A stretch of 39,624 nt of DNA. Source: a bacterium (GTDB lineage: Bacteria > Methylomirabilota > Methylomirabilia > CAVQYV01). The notes beneath the pieces were generated by a model. That model saw only the letters and a list, made by a program, of their open reading frames with translations. It was not told the DNA's origin and made no database searches. The DNA is taken from NCBI GenBank assembly GCA_043800755.1, contig JAZDMQ010000088.1, forward strand, positions 1 to 39,624, read 5' to 3'. The translations under genes were made by a program, and so were the position numbers. Positions 26,853-36,939 of the stretch are shown in pieces (position 1 is the first letter of the stretch; the number at the start of each line of letters is the position of its first letter).

Positions 26853-27750
26853 CCCTTCCCCCTTGGGCTTGCAGACGAGAAATGCTATCAGGCTCGATAT
26901 GGATGGTGATCATGGATTGAGGGAGGGCGGCTCGAATTTCCGTCTCCAGATGATCACATATCCGATGGGCCTCCTCCACGTGGGCATCCTCTTTGACAAC
27001 CAGGTGAAGGTCGATATGCCTCTGCGACCCTGCCTTCCGCGTGCGAAGGTTATGGAATTCCACGAACTGGGAGGAGTGATCCCGGATGATGGAGGCGATC
27101 AATTCCTCCTCCTCATCGGACAATTTTGCATCCATGAGAGGACCGAGGGATTTTCGGGTAAGGTTGTAAGCTGTCTTCGTGATCAGAAGGGCAACCCCCA
27201 ATGCAAAGAGGGGATCGAGAAGGACAATCCCGGTCTGGCGAACCAGAAGAAGACCCAACATGACTCCAGCTGAGGTGTAAACATCGGTCAGCAGATGATG
27301 GGCATCCGCTTCCAGAGCCATGGAGTCGGTCGCTTTCGCCACCCGCAAAAGGTACAGGGAAATGACCAGGTTGGTCACGGCCGAGAAAGCCATGACCCAG
27401 ATTCCGAGACCCAGGAATTGAATGGGCTCTTTTGATAAAAGCTTTCCCACGGCTTCATGAATAATGAACAGGGCGACGACGAAGATTAGAATCGCCTCCA
27501 CCGCTCCGGAGAGATTCTCGATCTTCCCGTGTCCGTAGGTGTGTCTTTGGTCTGCGGGGAGGTCCGACCTCTTTACGGAAAAGTAAGCAATCCCCGAGGC
27601 TGCCAGGTCAACACCCGAATGCGCAGCCTCTGAGAGGACGGATACCGAAGAGGTGATCAATCCAACGATCAGCTTTAGGATGACCAAAGAAAGGTTGGAA
27701 ATAATGGAGATGCCCGCGGCAGTCGCTTTTCTTCCGGGCTTTGCATTCAT
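26791..27750 (-). CDS. Cation diffusion facilitator (FieF-like) transporter
   Basis: SEAAHSGVD, HTYGHGKIE, ADAHHLLTD, HIEP. Confidence 0.94.
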   Translation of the reverse strand: MNAKPGRKATAAGISIISNLSLVILKLIVGLITSSVSVLSEAAHSGVDLAASGIAYFSVKRSDLPADQRHTYGHGKIENLSGAVEAILIFVVALFIIHEAVGKLLSKEPIQFLGLGIWVMAFSAVTNLVISLYLLRVAKATDSMALEADAHHLLTDVYTSAGVMLGLLLVRQTGIVLLDPLFALGVALLITKTAYNLTRKSLGPLMDAKLSDEEEELIASIIRDHSSQFVEFHNLRTRKAGSQRHIDLHLVVKEDAHVEEAHRICDHLETEIRAALPQSMITIHIEPDSISRLQAQGGRDAGVPETNGKPIEEYQGPPG

Positions 27751-27839
27751 GATCTGGGTCTCTTGTTTCCTTTGATACTTAGTGAGATTAGGGGGCGGAA
27801 GGGAAACACTTCGAGAAAGGCAGGCGGAGGAGTTTGCTC

Positions 27840-28595
27840 TTAAGGTGCATGATCGGAGGGATATGCCGATGGCCCCTCCTCCACCAGTTCCCCTAAATAG
27901 GCGGATCTCACTTGGGGATCTGCTCGAAGATCCTCTGCCCCACCCTCTAAAACGATGGAGCCGGTTTCCAGGACGTAGGCACGATGTGCAATGGAGAGGG
28001 CCATATAGGCATTTTGCTCCACCAGCAGGATACTGGTGCCCATTCGGGAATTGATCTCCCGTATAATGTCGAAGATCTCTCTCACCAGGATGGGAGAGAG
28101 TCCCATGGACGGCTCGTCCAAAAGCAGGAGTTTGGGCCGAGACATCAGTCCTCGCCCCATGGCCAGCATTTGCTGCTCTCCCCCCGAAAGGGTACCCGCC
28201 AATTGCTTGGCCCTCTCCTGCAAATGAGGGAATCGCTGAAATACCTGCTCCCGCGAACGGACCACTTCCCTGCGATCCCGAATCGTGAATCCCCCCATCT
28301 CGATATTCTCACTGACAGTCAGATTGGCAAAGGGTTTTCTCCCCTCCGGCACGTGCGAGATCCCCAGGCTCACAATCTTATGAGGAGGGACTGCATTAAT
28401 CAGCTTTTCCTGAAAGAGGATCTCCCCGGATCGGGGGCGCAAAAGCCCGGAGATGCTCCGGAGAATCGTGCTTTTTCCTGCACCGTTTGCCCCGATCAGG
28501 GTTACGATCTCCCCTTCCCGGACCTGGAAGGAAACACCTTTCAGGGCATGGATCGCACCATAATAAATAACGAGGTCGCGAACCTCGAGGAGCAA
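27840..28595 (-). CDS. livF: Branched-chain amino acid ABC transporter ATP-binding protein
   Basis: GANGAGKS, VPEGR, LSGGEQQM, DEPSMGL, VEQN. Confidence 0.95.
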   Translation of the reverse strand: MLLEVRDLVIYYGAIHALKGVSFQVREGEIVTLIGANGAGKSTILRSISGLLRPRSGEILFQEKLINAVPPHKIVSLGISHVPEGRKPFANLTVSENIEMGGFTIRDRREVVRSREQVFQRFPHLQERAKQLAGTLSGGEQQMLAMGRGLMSRPKLLLLDEPSMGLSPILVREIFDIIREINSRMGTSILLVEQNAYMALSIAHRAYVLETGSIVLEGGAEDLRADPQVRSAYLGELVEEGPSAYPSDHAP

Positions 28596-29363
28596 TTAGA
28601 TCTCCTTTCCCAGATAGGCCTCGATGACCCTCGGATCCGTCTGAATCTCTTTGGGGGTTCCCTCCGCGATGATTTCCCCAAAATCCATCACCACGACTCG
28701 TTCACAGCATCCCATGACCACCTGCATTTGATGTTCGATGAGGAGAATGGTGAGATCGAATTCCGACCTCACCCAGCTGATCAGCCCCATAAGCTGACGA
28801 ACCTCCGCAGGATTCATCCCCGCAGCAGGCTCATCCAGAAGGAGCAGCTTGGGATTGGCCGCCAGTGCCCGGGTGATCTCCAACCGCCTTTGCTCCCCAT
28901 AAGGAAGCCCTTTGGCCACCTCATTTTGGCGCGCCGAAAGGTTGAAGATCTTCAGTAGCTCCTGGGCCTTTTGCGTGAGCTCCTTCTCTTTTTTCTGAAA
29001 ACCGGGGGTGCGAAGGATGGCTGGTACAAGCCCATATTCCAGGTGGCCATGATAGGCTGCCCGCACATTATCGAGAACGGTAAGTTCGTTGAAGAGGCGG
29101 ATATTCTGAAAAGTCCGGGCGATCCCTAACTTCGTGATCTGGTGGGCCTTGAGCCTCAAGATATCCTGACCATCGAAGCGAATCGTCCCTGCACCTGGCT
29201 CATAGAGGCCTGTGATCAGGTTGAAGACAGTTGTTTTCCCGGCTCCATTGGGGCCTATCAAGCCCGCCAACTCGTCTTTGGGCAAGGCAAGATGAAAGTT
29301 GGAGACCGCCTTCAAGCCATCGAAGTATTTGGAGAGGCCTTGAATTTCCAGGAGGGGAATCAT
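28596..29363 (-). CDS. livG: Branched-chain amino acid ABC transporter ATP-binding protein
   Basis: GPNGAGKT, RTFQNIRLF, LPYGEQR, DEPAAGMN. Confidence 0.95.
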   Translation of the reverse strand: MIPLLEIQGLSKYFDGLKAVSNFHLALPKDELAGLIGPNGAGKTTVFNLITGLYEPGAGTIRFDGQDILRLKAHQITKLGIARTFQNIRLFNELTVLDNVRAAYHGHLEYGLVPAILRTPGFQKKEKELTQKAQELLKIFNLSARQNEVAKGLPYGEQRRLEITRALAANPKLLLLDEPAAGMNPAEVRQLMGLISWVRSEFDLTILLIEHQMQVVMGCCERVVVMDFGEIIAEGTPKEIQTDPRVIEAYLGKEI

Positions 29364-30334
29364 CTGGCTGCGGCGTCCTTCTCTTTGGGTTTGAGGAATC
29401 CAAATTCCCTTCCCCCGAATAAGCCCTGGGGCCGCAGCAGCATGACAACAATGAGAAGGACGGGATAAATGACCATGCGCCAGTCCAAAATTTGAGAGGG
29501 GAGGATCACCCGCAATCCCTCCAGAAAGAAGGTCCAGCCCAAGGCAGCGACCAACGTGCCGCTGATGCTGCCCAAACCACCAAGCACCACGATCAACAAG
29601 GGGTCAAAGGATTTCAGAAAATCGAAATTGGAAGGATGAAGAAAGACATAGAGATGGGCATAGAGACCCCCTGCCAATCCTGCGTAAAAGCAGCCCATGA
29701 CAAAGGCGACCGTCTTATATCGGGTAGTATTAACCCCCATAGTTTGAGAGGCGATCTCATCTTCCCGAATGGAAACACAGGCCCGTCCGTGGCTGGAAAA
29801 GACGAAATTCCGCAAAAAGAGGATGGCGAGGGCCCCAAAAACATAGGTGACAGTGAAGTTAGTCAGTTTTGGGATTCCGCTCATCCCTCTCGATCCTCCC
29901 ATCATGGGGATGAGACGGTCGAAGTTATCCAGGGCCACTTTGACGATAATGCCGAAGCCCAAAGTGGCAATTCCCAGGTAGTCTGACCGAAGGCGCAGGA
30001 TGGGAAGGCCAATGAGAAAGGCGACCAGCCCTGCAACTGCAGCGCCCAGGAAAAGGACCAGGACAAAGATAATATAATTCTCCGTTTCCAAGGCCTTCAT
30101 GATGACGGCTGAGGTGTAGGCTCCGATTCCGAAAAAGGCCGCGTGGCCCAGGGAGAATAGCCCGGCATAGCCATAAATGATGTTGAGACCCAGGGAAGAG
30201 ATGAAGACGATAATGGCATACTGGATGATGTGTTCCCAATAGGGATTGATAATCCCACCTTGAATCAGCCCATAGATAGCTGCATAGGGAAAGAGAAGAA
30301 TGAGCAAGTAGATGAACCAGGGGGTATTCTTCAT
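29360..30334 (-). CDS. livM: Branched-chain amino acid ABC transporter permease
   Basis: SLGHAAF, RLRSDYLGIATLGF, IREDE, VVLGGLGS. Confidence 0.94.
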   Translation of the reverse strand: MKNTPWFIYLLILLFPYAAIYGLIQGGIINPYWEHIIQYAIIVFISSLGLNIIYGYAGLFSLGHAAFFGIGAYTSAVIMKALETENYIIFVLVLFLGAAVAGLVAFLIGLPILRLRSDYLGIATLGFGIIVKVALDNFDRLIPMMGGSRGMSGIPKLTNFTVTYVFGALAILFLRNFVFSSHGRACVSIREDEIASQTMGVNTTRYKTVAFVMGCFYAGLAGGLYAHLYVFLHPSNFDFLKSFDPLLIVVLGGLGSISGTLVAALGWTFFLEGLRVILPSQILDWRMVIYPVLLIVVMLLRPQGLFGGREFGFLKPKEKDAAAR

Positions 30335-30338
30335 GGCC

Positions 30339-31223
30339 TTAAACCTTCTCCCCGCTTTTGCGCCCCAGGATCCCCGAAGGCTTTACCATCAGCACTAAGA
30401 TGAGAATGCCAAAGGCCACCCCGTCCCGAAGTGTTGAGGAAATGAAGGCGGAGGTCAAAACCTCGGCTATCCCCATGATCAAGGCACCAACCAGGGCCCC
30501 CGGGATGATTCCAATTCCCCCCAATACGGCGGCCACAAAAGCCTTGAGGCCCGGCATAATTCCCATGAAGGGGTTGATCTGTGGGTAGGCAATGCCATAA
30601 AGACAGCCTCCCGCGGCGGCCAGCGCAGAGCCCAACCCGAAGGTGAAGGAGATGACGGAGTCCACATTGATTCCCATGAGTCTGGCGGTGTCATGATCGA
30701 AGGAAACCGCGCGCATGGCCTTTCCCATTTTGGTGTGATGGACGATGTATTGGAGCAAAACGAGGAGGAAGATGGCCACGGCAAAAATGATGACCTGGAT
30801 GTTGGAGAAATTGATCCCGGCCCATTCCCAAGTGGTGACCTCGAAAGGCCGAGGAAAGGAGAGGTAGTTGGGGCCGAATACGAATTTCAGGCTGCAGAAG
30901 TATTCCAGGAAGAGGGATACTCCTATGGCGGTGATCAGGGCTGCGATTCGGGGTGCACGTCGTAGCGGCCGGTATGCGACCCTCTCGATAGTGACCCCGA
31001 GCAGGGTGCAGCCAGCCATAGAAACGATCATAGCTACGGGGAGAGAAAGCTGGAAGTAGGAAATCGCATAATAGGCCAGGAAGGCGCCGACCATAAAAAC
31101 GTCACCATGGGCAAAGTTAATCAGGCGAACGATCCCGTAGACCATCGTGTAGCCCAGGGCGATCAAGGCGTATACGAATCCCAATTGTAAGCCATTGAGT
31201 ACCTGCTGGAAGAAATAGACCAT
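30339..31223 (-). CDS. livH: Branched-chain amino acid ABC transporter permease
   Basis: YALIALGYTMVYG..INFAHG, AVLGGIG. Confidence 0.95.
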   Translation of the reverse strand: MVYFFQQVLNGLQLGFVYALIALGYTMVYGIVRLINFAHGDVFMVGAFLAYYAISYFQLSLPVAMIVSMAGCTLLGVTIERVAYRPLRRAPRIAALITAIGVSLFLEYFCSLKFVFGPNYLSFPRPFEVTTWEWAGINFSNIQVIIFAVAIFLLVLLQYIVHHTKMGKAMRAVSFDHDTARLMGINVDSVISFTFGLGSALAAAGGCLYGIAYPQINPFMGIMPGLKAFVAAVLGGIGIIPGALVGALIMGIAEVLTSAFISSTLRDGVAFGILILVLMVKPSGILGRKSGEKV

Positions 31224-31234
31224 AGAAGTGAATG

Positions 31235-31292
31235 AAAAAGAAAAGAAAAAGGAGGAAAAGAGGAAGAAATCGACTCCCCCCCCCTTTTCCTC
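31235..31292 (-). terminator. Intrinsic terminator/stabilising hairpin after the binding-protein gene
   Basis: Minus strand GAGGAAAAGGGGGGGGGA-GTCGATT-TCTTCCTCTTTTCCTC (G:U-rich stem) followed by CTTTTTCTTTTCTTTTT. Confidence 0.75.
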
Positions 31293-31301
31293 ACTGTTAG
31301 A

Positions 31302-32444
31302 TTAGGGATTTACCGTAGTCTTAAATTTTTGCTGTCCATTCACGATCTCTATCACCGCCGCACTCTTGATCGGATTGCCATCCTTGTCATAGCTGATCTT
31401 CCCTGAGACCACGCGAAGGTTCTTGGTCTGGGCCAAAGCTCGGCTGACTGCTTCGGGATTATCGCTCTTGGCCCTCTCAATGCCACTGAGCAGGATGAGG
31501 GTTGCGTCGTAGCCGAGCGTGGCCAGGGCGTCCGGGGTTGAGCCGTACTTGGCGCGGTACTTCTTGATGAAATTTTGCACCTCGGCCCGCGGATCCTCGG
31601 GTGAGTAGTGATTGCTGAAGTATCCCCCTTCCACTGCCTTACCCGCGATCTTGACGAGATCGGGGGAATCCCAGCCATCTCCGCCCAGAAAGACCGATTT
31701 GATTCCCTTCTCTCTTGCCTGCTTTGCAATCAAGCCCACCTTATTGTAATAGTCGGGAAGGAACAGGATGTCTGGCTTGGCAGCGGCCACCTTGGTCAGG
31801 AGGGCAGAGAAGTCAACGTCGTCCTTGCTGTAGGATTCGAAGACCTTTACCTCCCCCCCTTCCTTCTTGAAGGCATCCCGGAAGAACTCGGCTAGTCCCT
31901 TGGTATAGTCGTTCCCCACATCGTAGAGCACGGCAGCCGTTTTCTTCTTGAGGGTCTTAGCCGCAAATCTTGCCATCACGAAACCCTGGAAGGGATCGAT
32001 GAAGCAGGCCCGAAAGACGAAGGTTTTCCGCTTGCCGTCGGCAACCGTCACCTTGGGATTGGTGGCCGAGGGGGGCATCAAGACCACCTTGTTGCTCTGG
32101 CAAATGTCGGATATGGGAATGGTACATTTCGAAGTGGCCGAGCCCACCATCAGCTTAACCCGGTCCTGGCTAATGAGCTTTATCGCCGCATTGGAGGACT
32201 CGGTTGGATCATTCTTATCATCGGCGATGACGGCGACGATCTTCTTTCCCAAGACCCCCCCCTTTGCATTCGCCTCAGATATCGCCAACTCAAAGCCATT
32301 CTTGATCGATTCCCCGAAGGTTTTCACATCACCGGTAAGCGGGGTAATCAATCCAATCTTGATCGTATCAGCCGCCCTTGCATTCACAGAAACCACCAGC
32401 ATCAAAACGAGGAAAAAACTGCACAGTATCAGCGCTTTCTTCAT
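31302..32444 (-). CDS. Branched-chain amino acid ABC transporter substrate-binding protein (LivK/LivJ family)
   Basis: Signal peptide, IKIG..PLTG, ATNPKVT, FRACFIDPFQG, GGDGW; SD AAGGAGGA. Confidence 0.94.
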   Translation of the reverse strand: MKKALILCSFFLVLMLVVSVNARAADTIKIGLITPLTGDVKTFGESIKNGFELAISEANAKGGVLGKKIVAVIADDKNDPTESSNAAIKLISQDRVKLMVGSATSKCTIPISDICQSNKVVLMPPSATNPKVTVADGKRKTFVFRACFIDPFQGFVMARFAAKTLKKKTAAVLYDVGNDYTKGLAEFFRDAFKKEGGEVKVFESYSKDDVDFSALLTKVAAAKPDILFLPDYYNKVGLIAKQAREKGIKSVFLGGDGWDSPDLVKIAGKAVEGGYFSNHYSPEDPRAEVQNFIKKYRAKYGSTPDALATLGYDATLILLSGIERAKSDNPEAVSRALAQTKNLRVVSGKISYDKDGNPIKSAAVIEIVNGQQKFKTTVNP

Positions 32445-32511
32445 CACTTATCCTCCTTTCTTTGGGTTAGAGATGGGAACGACAGGCAGAACCATGCCAG
32501 TCAGCTCTTTT

Positions 32512-33873
32512 CTAATTTCGTGCTTTTGACGCGGGATTTGCATTTAGCCTTTCGAGGAAACCGGTGTTCACGCGACCTTTCACGAAGTCCGGACTCATGA
32601 AGACCCTTTGATGAAACGGAATAGTCGTCTTTATGCCTTCGATGACGAACTCCTCCATCGCCCTTCGAGCTCGAGCGATTGCCTCTTGTCTATCCACCCC
32701 ATGAACAATTACCTTGGCAATAAGGGAATCGTAGTAGGGTGAGATGCTGTAGCCTGCGTAGCAGTGAGTATCCACCCTGACTCCTGGTCCCCCCGGAGGA
32801 AGGAACCTGGAGATCTTTCCCGGGCAGGGAATAAACCTTTCCGGATCCTCGGCATTAACGCGGCACTCAATACTATGGCCCTTCAATTCAATGTCTTCTT
32901 GTTTGAATCGAAGAGGCTCTCCCGCCGCAAGGCGGATCTGTTCCTTGACCAAGTCAATGCCGGTGACCATTTCCGTAACCGGATGCTCCACTTGGATGCG
33001 GGTGTTCATCTCCAAGAAAGAGAAATTCCCTTTTTCGTCCAAGAGGAATTCTACGGTGCCCACGTTGGTATAATTCCCGGCCTTGGCCACGGTCATGGCT
33101 GCCCGTCCCATCCTCTCGCGCAGCCTTTGCTTGAGGGCGGGGGAAGGGGCCTCTTCTATCAGCTTCTGATGGCGACGCTGGATTGAGCAGTCGCGCTCTC
33201 CCAAATGAACCAAATTGCCAGATTTGTCGGCCAAGATCTGAAACTCTACATGGCGTGGGTTTTTTATGTAACGCTCCAGGTACAACCCGGGATTCCCAAA
33301 AGCAGCCTCTGCCTCAGAGCCCGCAGTAACAAAAGACTGGATAAAATCATCCGGGGAGTACACTATCCTCATCCCCCTCCCCCCTCCCCCGGCCGTGGCC
33401 TTAATCATCAGAGGGTAACCAATCTGAGAGGCCATCTCCAAGGCTTCCTCTTCTGCGGATACAACCCAAAAGCTTCCCTCCACCACTGGAACCCCTGCCT
33501 CCATCGCCAGCTTTCGCGCCGCTGCCTTATCTCCCATTAGGCGAATATTCTCAGGCGAGGGCCCAATGAACTGAAACTGACATGCCTCGCAGACCTCGGC
33601 GAAATGGGAATTCTCCGCCAGGAGTCCATATCCGGGATGAATGGCATCGGCGTTGGTAATCTCGGCGGCACTGATAATCCGCGAGATATTCAGGTAGCTC
33701 GCAGAGAGATCAGGAGGTCCAATGCAGACTGCCTCGTCTGCGAATTGGACATGGAGGGAATCCGCATCGGCTCCAGAATAAACGGCTACCGTCTTTATCT
33801 GTAGCTCCTTGCACGCTCTTATGATACGCAGGGCGATCTCCCCGCGATTGGCGATGAGTATCTTGGAAAACAT
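32512..33873 (-). CDS. accC: Acetyl-CoA carboxylase, biotin carboxylase
   Basis: [41 protein letters not shown]. Confidence 0.97.
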   Translation of the reverse strand: MFSKILIANRGEIALRIIRACKELQIKTVAVYSGADADSLHVQFADEAVCIGPPDLSASYLNISRIISAAEITNADAIHPGYGLLAENSHFAEVCEACQFQFIGPSPENIRLMGDKAAARKLAMEAGVPVVEGSFWVVSAEEEALEMASQIGYPLMIKATAGGGGRGMRIVYSPDDFIQSFVTAGSEAEAAFGNPGLYLERYIKNPRHVEFQILADKSGNLVHLGERDCSIQRRHQKLIEEAPSPALKQRLRERMGRAAMTVAKAGNYTNVGTVEFLLDEKGNFSFLEMNTRIQVEHPVTEMVTGIDLVKEQIRLAAGEPLRFKQEDIELKGHSIECRVNAEDPERFIPCPGKISRFLPPGGPGVRVDTHCYAGYSISPYYDSLIAKVIVHGVDRQEAIARARRAMEEFVIEGIKTTIPFHQRVFMSPDFVKGRVNTGFLERLNANPASKARN

Positions 33874-33898
33874 GGTATCTGCAAGTAATCCGTTCTCA

Positions 33899-34390
33899 TC
33901 AAATTGGCTCTATCAGAAAAAGGGGCTGGCCGTATTCCACCGGTTGAGCGTTCTCGACCAGGATGGAATCAATCCTCCCCGACACCTCCGATTCGATCTC
34001 ATTCATGAGTTTCATCGCCTCAATGATGCAGACGACCTTTCCCTTGTCCACGATATCCCCTTCTCTAACGAAGGGCTCTGCCCCCGGAAGGGGCGCGCGA
34101 TGAAAGGTGCCCACCATAGGAGAGGTGATGGTCATCAGATTCCCGGTGGGTCCCAAGTCCTTTTCAGGAGGAGTCAAGAGGGGAGTAAACGGCTTCTCCT
34201 CCGAAGCTGGAGAGATCAGGGGGGGAGGAGACTGGTGGAACCAAGCGGGCGCGGGCCCTCTCTTCTTGATCCGTATTCTGAGATCCCCTTTTTCCAGCTC
34301 GATCTCCTCGATATCTGTACCCTCGAGGAGCTTCAAGATCTCCTTGATCTCGGATACCCGTGAAATCCTCGGTGCTTGCTTCGCCAACAC
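33899..34390 (-). CDS. accB: Biotin carboxyl carrier protein
   Basis: [16 protein letters not shown]. Confidence 0.96.
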   Translation of the reverse strand: MLAKQAPRISRVSEIKEILKLLEGTDIEEIELEKGDLRIRIKKRGPAPAWFHQSPPPLISPASEEKPFTPLLTPPEKDLGPTGNLMTITSPMVGTFHRAPLPGAEPFVREGDIVDKGKVVCIIEAMKLMNEIESEVSGRIDSILVENAQPVEYGQPLFLIEPI

Positions 34391-34426
34391 TTACCCCCTA
34401 AGTTGACTTTTCTATCTCAGCCTCTC

Positions 34427-34984
34427 TCATCCTCTTTCCGAGTAGCTACCCGTTCGGGTGTCTACCTTGACGATATCCCCTTCTTCAATAAAAAGTGGGA
34501 CCTGAATCACCATACCTGTCTCCAGCGTCGCAGGCTTGGACCCCCCCGAGGCCGTATCCCCCCGAATCCCCGGGTCGGATTTCGTCACCTGTAGCTCCAC
34601 AAAAATGGGTAGCAGAACCTCCACTGGCTCCTGATGGTGGAACTGAATGCTAATAATCGCCCCCTCCTTCAAATAGTTGGGAGCACTCCCCAACTGAGAA
34701 GAAGGAAGGGATAGCTGCTCATAGTTGGAAGTGTCCATGAAGTGAAAGGCCTCCCCTTGGCGATAGAGGAATTGCAGCTTCCGCTCTTCGATCTCTGCCA
34801 GGGGGAATTTCTCTTCAGGTCGGAAGGTGCGATCCACGGTGGCCCCCGTCTTCAGGTTTCTCAACTTCGTACGAACCATCGCCCCTCCCTTGCCCGGTTT
34901 GTGGTGCTGATATTCGATGACCTGATACACCGCGCCATCTAGCAAGAATCTTGTTCCCGGACGTAAATCGTTGCATGCAATCAA
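34427..34984 (-). CDS. efp: Elongation factor P
   Basis: HHKPGKGGA, GDTASGGSKPA, VDTRTG. Confidence 0.97.
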   Translation of the reverse strand: MIACNDLRPGTRFLLDGAVYQVIEYQHHKPGKGGAMVRTKLRNLKTGATVDRTFRPEEKFPLAEIEERKLQFLYRQGEAFHFMDTSNYEQLSLPSSQLGSAPNYLKEGAIISIQFHHQEPVEVLLPIFVELQVTKSDPGIRGDTASGGSKPATLETGMVIQVPLFIEEGDIVKVDTRTGSYSERG

Positions 34985-36051
34985 AGCGTCATCTCCCTCG
35001 AAGTAGTCGTCACCACCTCTGCGCCACTTGCAGTCAGCAAGACGGTATCTTCGATTCTCACGCCTCCAAACCCGGGGAGGTAGATTCCCGGTTCAATGGT
35101 AAAGGCCATTCCCTCCTCCAACAATACCCGAGAGCCCTTACCGATTATAGGCTCCTCGTGCACGGAGAGGCCAACCCCGTGACCAGTTCCGTGCCCGAAA
35201 TATGGCCCGTAGCCCGCATCCTCGATGACCTTGCGAGCCATTGCATCTAATTCCTCCGCGTTGATCCCTGGCCGGGCCCAGGCCACCGCTTGGTCGTGGG
35301 CCTCAAGCACAATTTGATGAATCCTCCTTTGATCGGGCTTGGCAGCCCCTACAACCAAAGTGCGGGTGATGTCGGAGTGGTATCCCTGCCATTGACAGCC
35401 TCCGTCGATCTTAAGGAGTTCCCCCGTCCCAACTACCCGGGAAGAGGGATGGGCATGCGGCATGGCGGAACGCGGTCCGGAAGCGACAATGGTCTCAAAC
35501 CCCACTTTGTCTGCCCCATTCATGTTCAGACCATACTCGAACAGGGCCGCAATTTCCTTCTCCTTGATTCCCGGCTTCACCAGGGAGAGTATCTCGGCCA
35601 AATTTGAGGATAGAAGGTGAGCCGACCGCCGTATCGCATCAGCCTCCTCCTGGTCCTTTACCATCCGCAATTGGCCGATCAGGGACTGCAGGGGGTAGAG
35701 TTTGGCCCCCTCTCCCTTTTCTCGCAGCTTGCGATATTGATCGCATGAGAGTTCGGAGCTGACAAATCCCAGCTGGTGTACCTTCACCTCTTTGACGCGA
35801 TCAATCAAAGAATCCCAAAGAGCGGAGGCTACGGGGATGATCTCAAAGCCAACCGTCTCCTCGGCTGCTTGCGCCATGTATCGAAAGTCAATGAACAAAT
35901 CGGCCCGCTCATGGCACAACAACGCCAAACCCGCGCTGCCTGAGAAACCTGTCAGATACCGGATATCCTGAAGGTTGGTAAGGATTAGGGCATCTAATTC
36001 GATTTTTTCCAAAGAGTGTCGAGCCGTGTCCAGGCGGGAAGAGAATCTCAT
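34981..36051 (-). CDS. Xaa-Pro aminopeptidase/dipeptidase (M24)
   Basis: YLTGFSGS, IDGG..YHSDITRT, HGTGHGVGLSVHE, TIEPGIY, GVRIED. Confidence 0.95.
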   Translation of the reverse strand: MRFSSRLDTARHSLEKIELDALILTNLQDIRYLTGFSGSAGLALLCHERADLFIDFRYMAQAAEETVGFEIIPVASALWDSLIDRVKEVKVHQLGFVSSELSCDQYRKLREKGEGAKLYPLQSLIGQLRMVKDQEEADAIRRSAHLLSSNLAEILSLVKPGIKEKEIAALFEYGLNMNGADKVGFETIVASGPRSAMPHAHPSSRVVGTGELLKIDGGCQWQGYHSDITRTLVVGAAKPDQRRIHQIVLEAHDQAVAWARPGINAEELDAMARKVIEDAGYGPYFGHGTGHGVGLSVHEEPIIGKGSRVLLEEGMAFTIEPGIYLPGFGGVRIEDTVLLTASGAEVVTTTSREMTL

Positions 36052-36062
36052 CTTTGTTGGAT

Positions 36063-36518
36063 TTATGGCGAAGCCTCCCTTTGACTGAGGAGCCAGGAGG
36101 CCGCCTTAACCCCTAAGATGTAACTCTGCTTGCCAAATCCCGAGATCTGGCCCATCGCGACTTCGGCGATGAGGGAGTGCCGACGGAATTCTTCCCGCCT
36201 GTGGATATTGGAAAGGTGAACCTCGATGGTGGGAATTCCGGTTGCAGAGATCGCATCCCGCAAGGCAATGCTGGTGTGGCTGAAGGCCGCTGGATTAATG
36301 AGCAATACATCCGCCCAAGAGGAAAATCTTTGAAGGGCATCAACCAACTGCCCTTCATGATTCGATTGGAGGATCTCAACCTCCAAATCTTCTTCTTTCG
36401 CCGCAGCCCTAATCGCTTCATTGACCGCTGGCAAAGAGTCCAAGCCGTATAAGTGAGGTTCCCTCTTCCCCAGCAGGTTCAAGTTCGGACCATGGAGGAC
36501 CAATAGGTGTTTGCCCAT
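36063..36518 (-). CDS. aroQ: Type II 3-dehydroquinate dehydratase
   Basis: HGPNLNLLGKREP..YG, QSNHEG, EVHLSN; start trimmed to ATG 36518. Confidence 0.96.
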   Translation of the reverse strand: MGKHLLVLHGPNLNLLGKREPHLYGLDSLPAVNEAIRAAAKEEDLEVEILQSNHEGQLVDALQRFSSWADVLLINPAAFSHTSIALRDAISATGIPTIEVHLSNIHRREEFRRHSLIAEVAMGQISGFGKQSYILGVKAASWLLSQREASP

Positions 36519-36588
36519 TTTTCTCAAAACAAAAAGAATGCGCCGGTTGCATTCTTTGATGGAACGGCGGAAATGGATTGGTTCCCCT

Positions 36589-36939
36589 TCACATTTCCTC
36601 TTCGAATCTCGGGGCGTGGCCCCGCAGTTTATGTCTTGCCTCGCCCCAATTTCCACGATTTTTCACGGATAAGACCAGGAAATACTCGGACTTCAGAAGG
36701 GAGAAGACGAGGTTCATCTGATCCGTCAAGATTGAGATTGTCCTGATCTCACCCAAATTCAGGTCTTGTGAGGCCTTTTGGGCATCTCCCAGGATAGCTG
36801 AGTATTCTGCCCCCACATTGACCATGTCGATTCCCTGAGAGGAGCTCTCTATGGCGATGCCGTCGATCCCAACCAAGGCTGCCCCGGACGAGCCCTCCAC
36901 ATCACCGATTAGGGAGTTCAGTCTTTCAGAAAAGCCCAC
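36589..36939 (-). CDS. Roadblock/LC7 domain protein (MglB/MglC-like)
   Basis: 116 aa, AALVGIDGIAI, YFLVL, GEARHKL; located next to efp-accB-accC. Confidence 0.85.
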   Translation of the reverse strand: MGFSERLNSLIGDVEGSSGAALVGIDGIAIESSSQGIDMVNVGAEYSAILGDAQKASQDLNLGEIRTISILTDQMNLVFSLLKSEYFLVLSVKNRGNWGEARHKLRGHAPRFEEEM

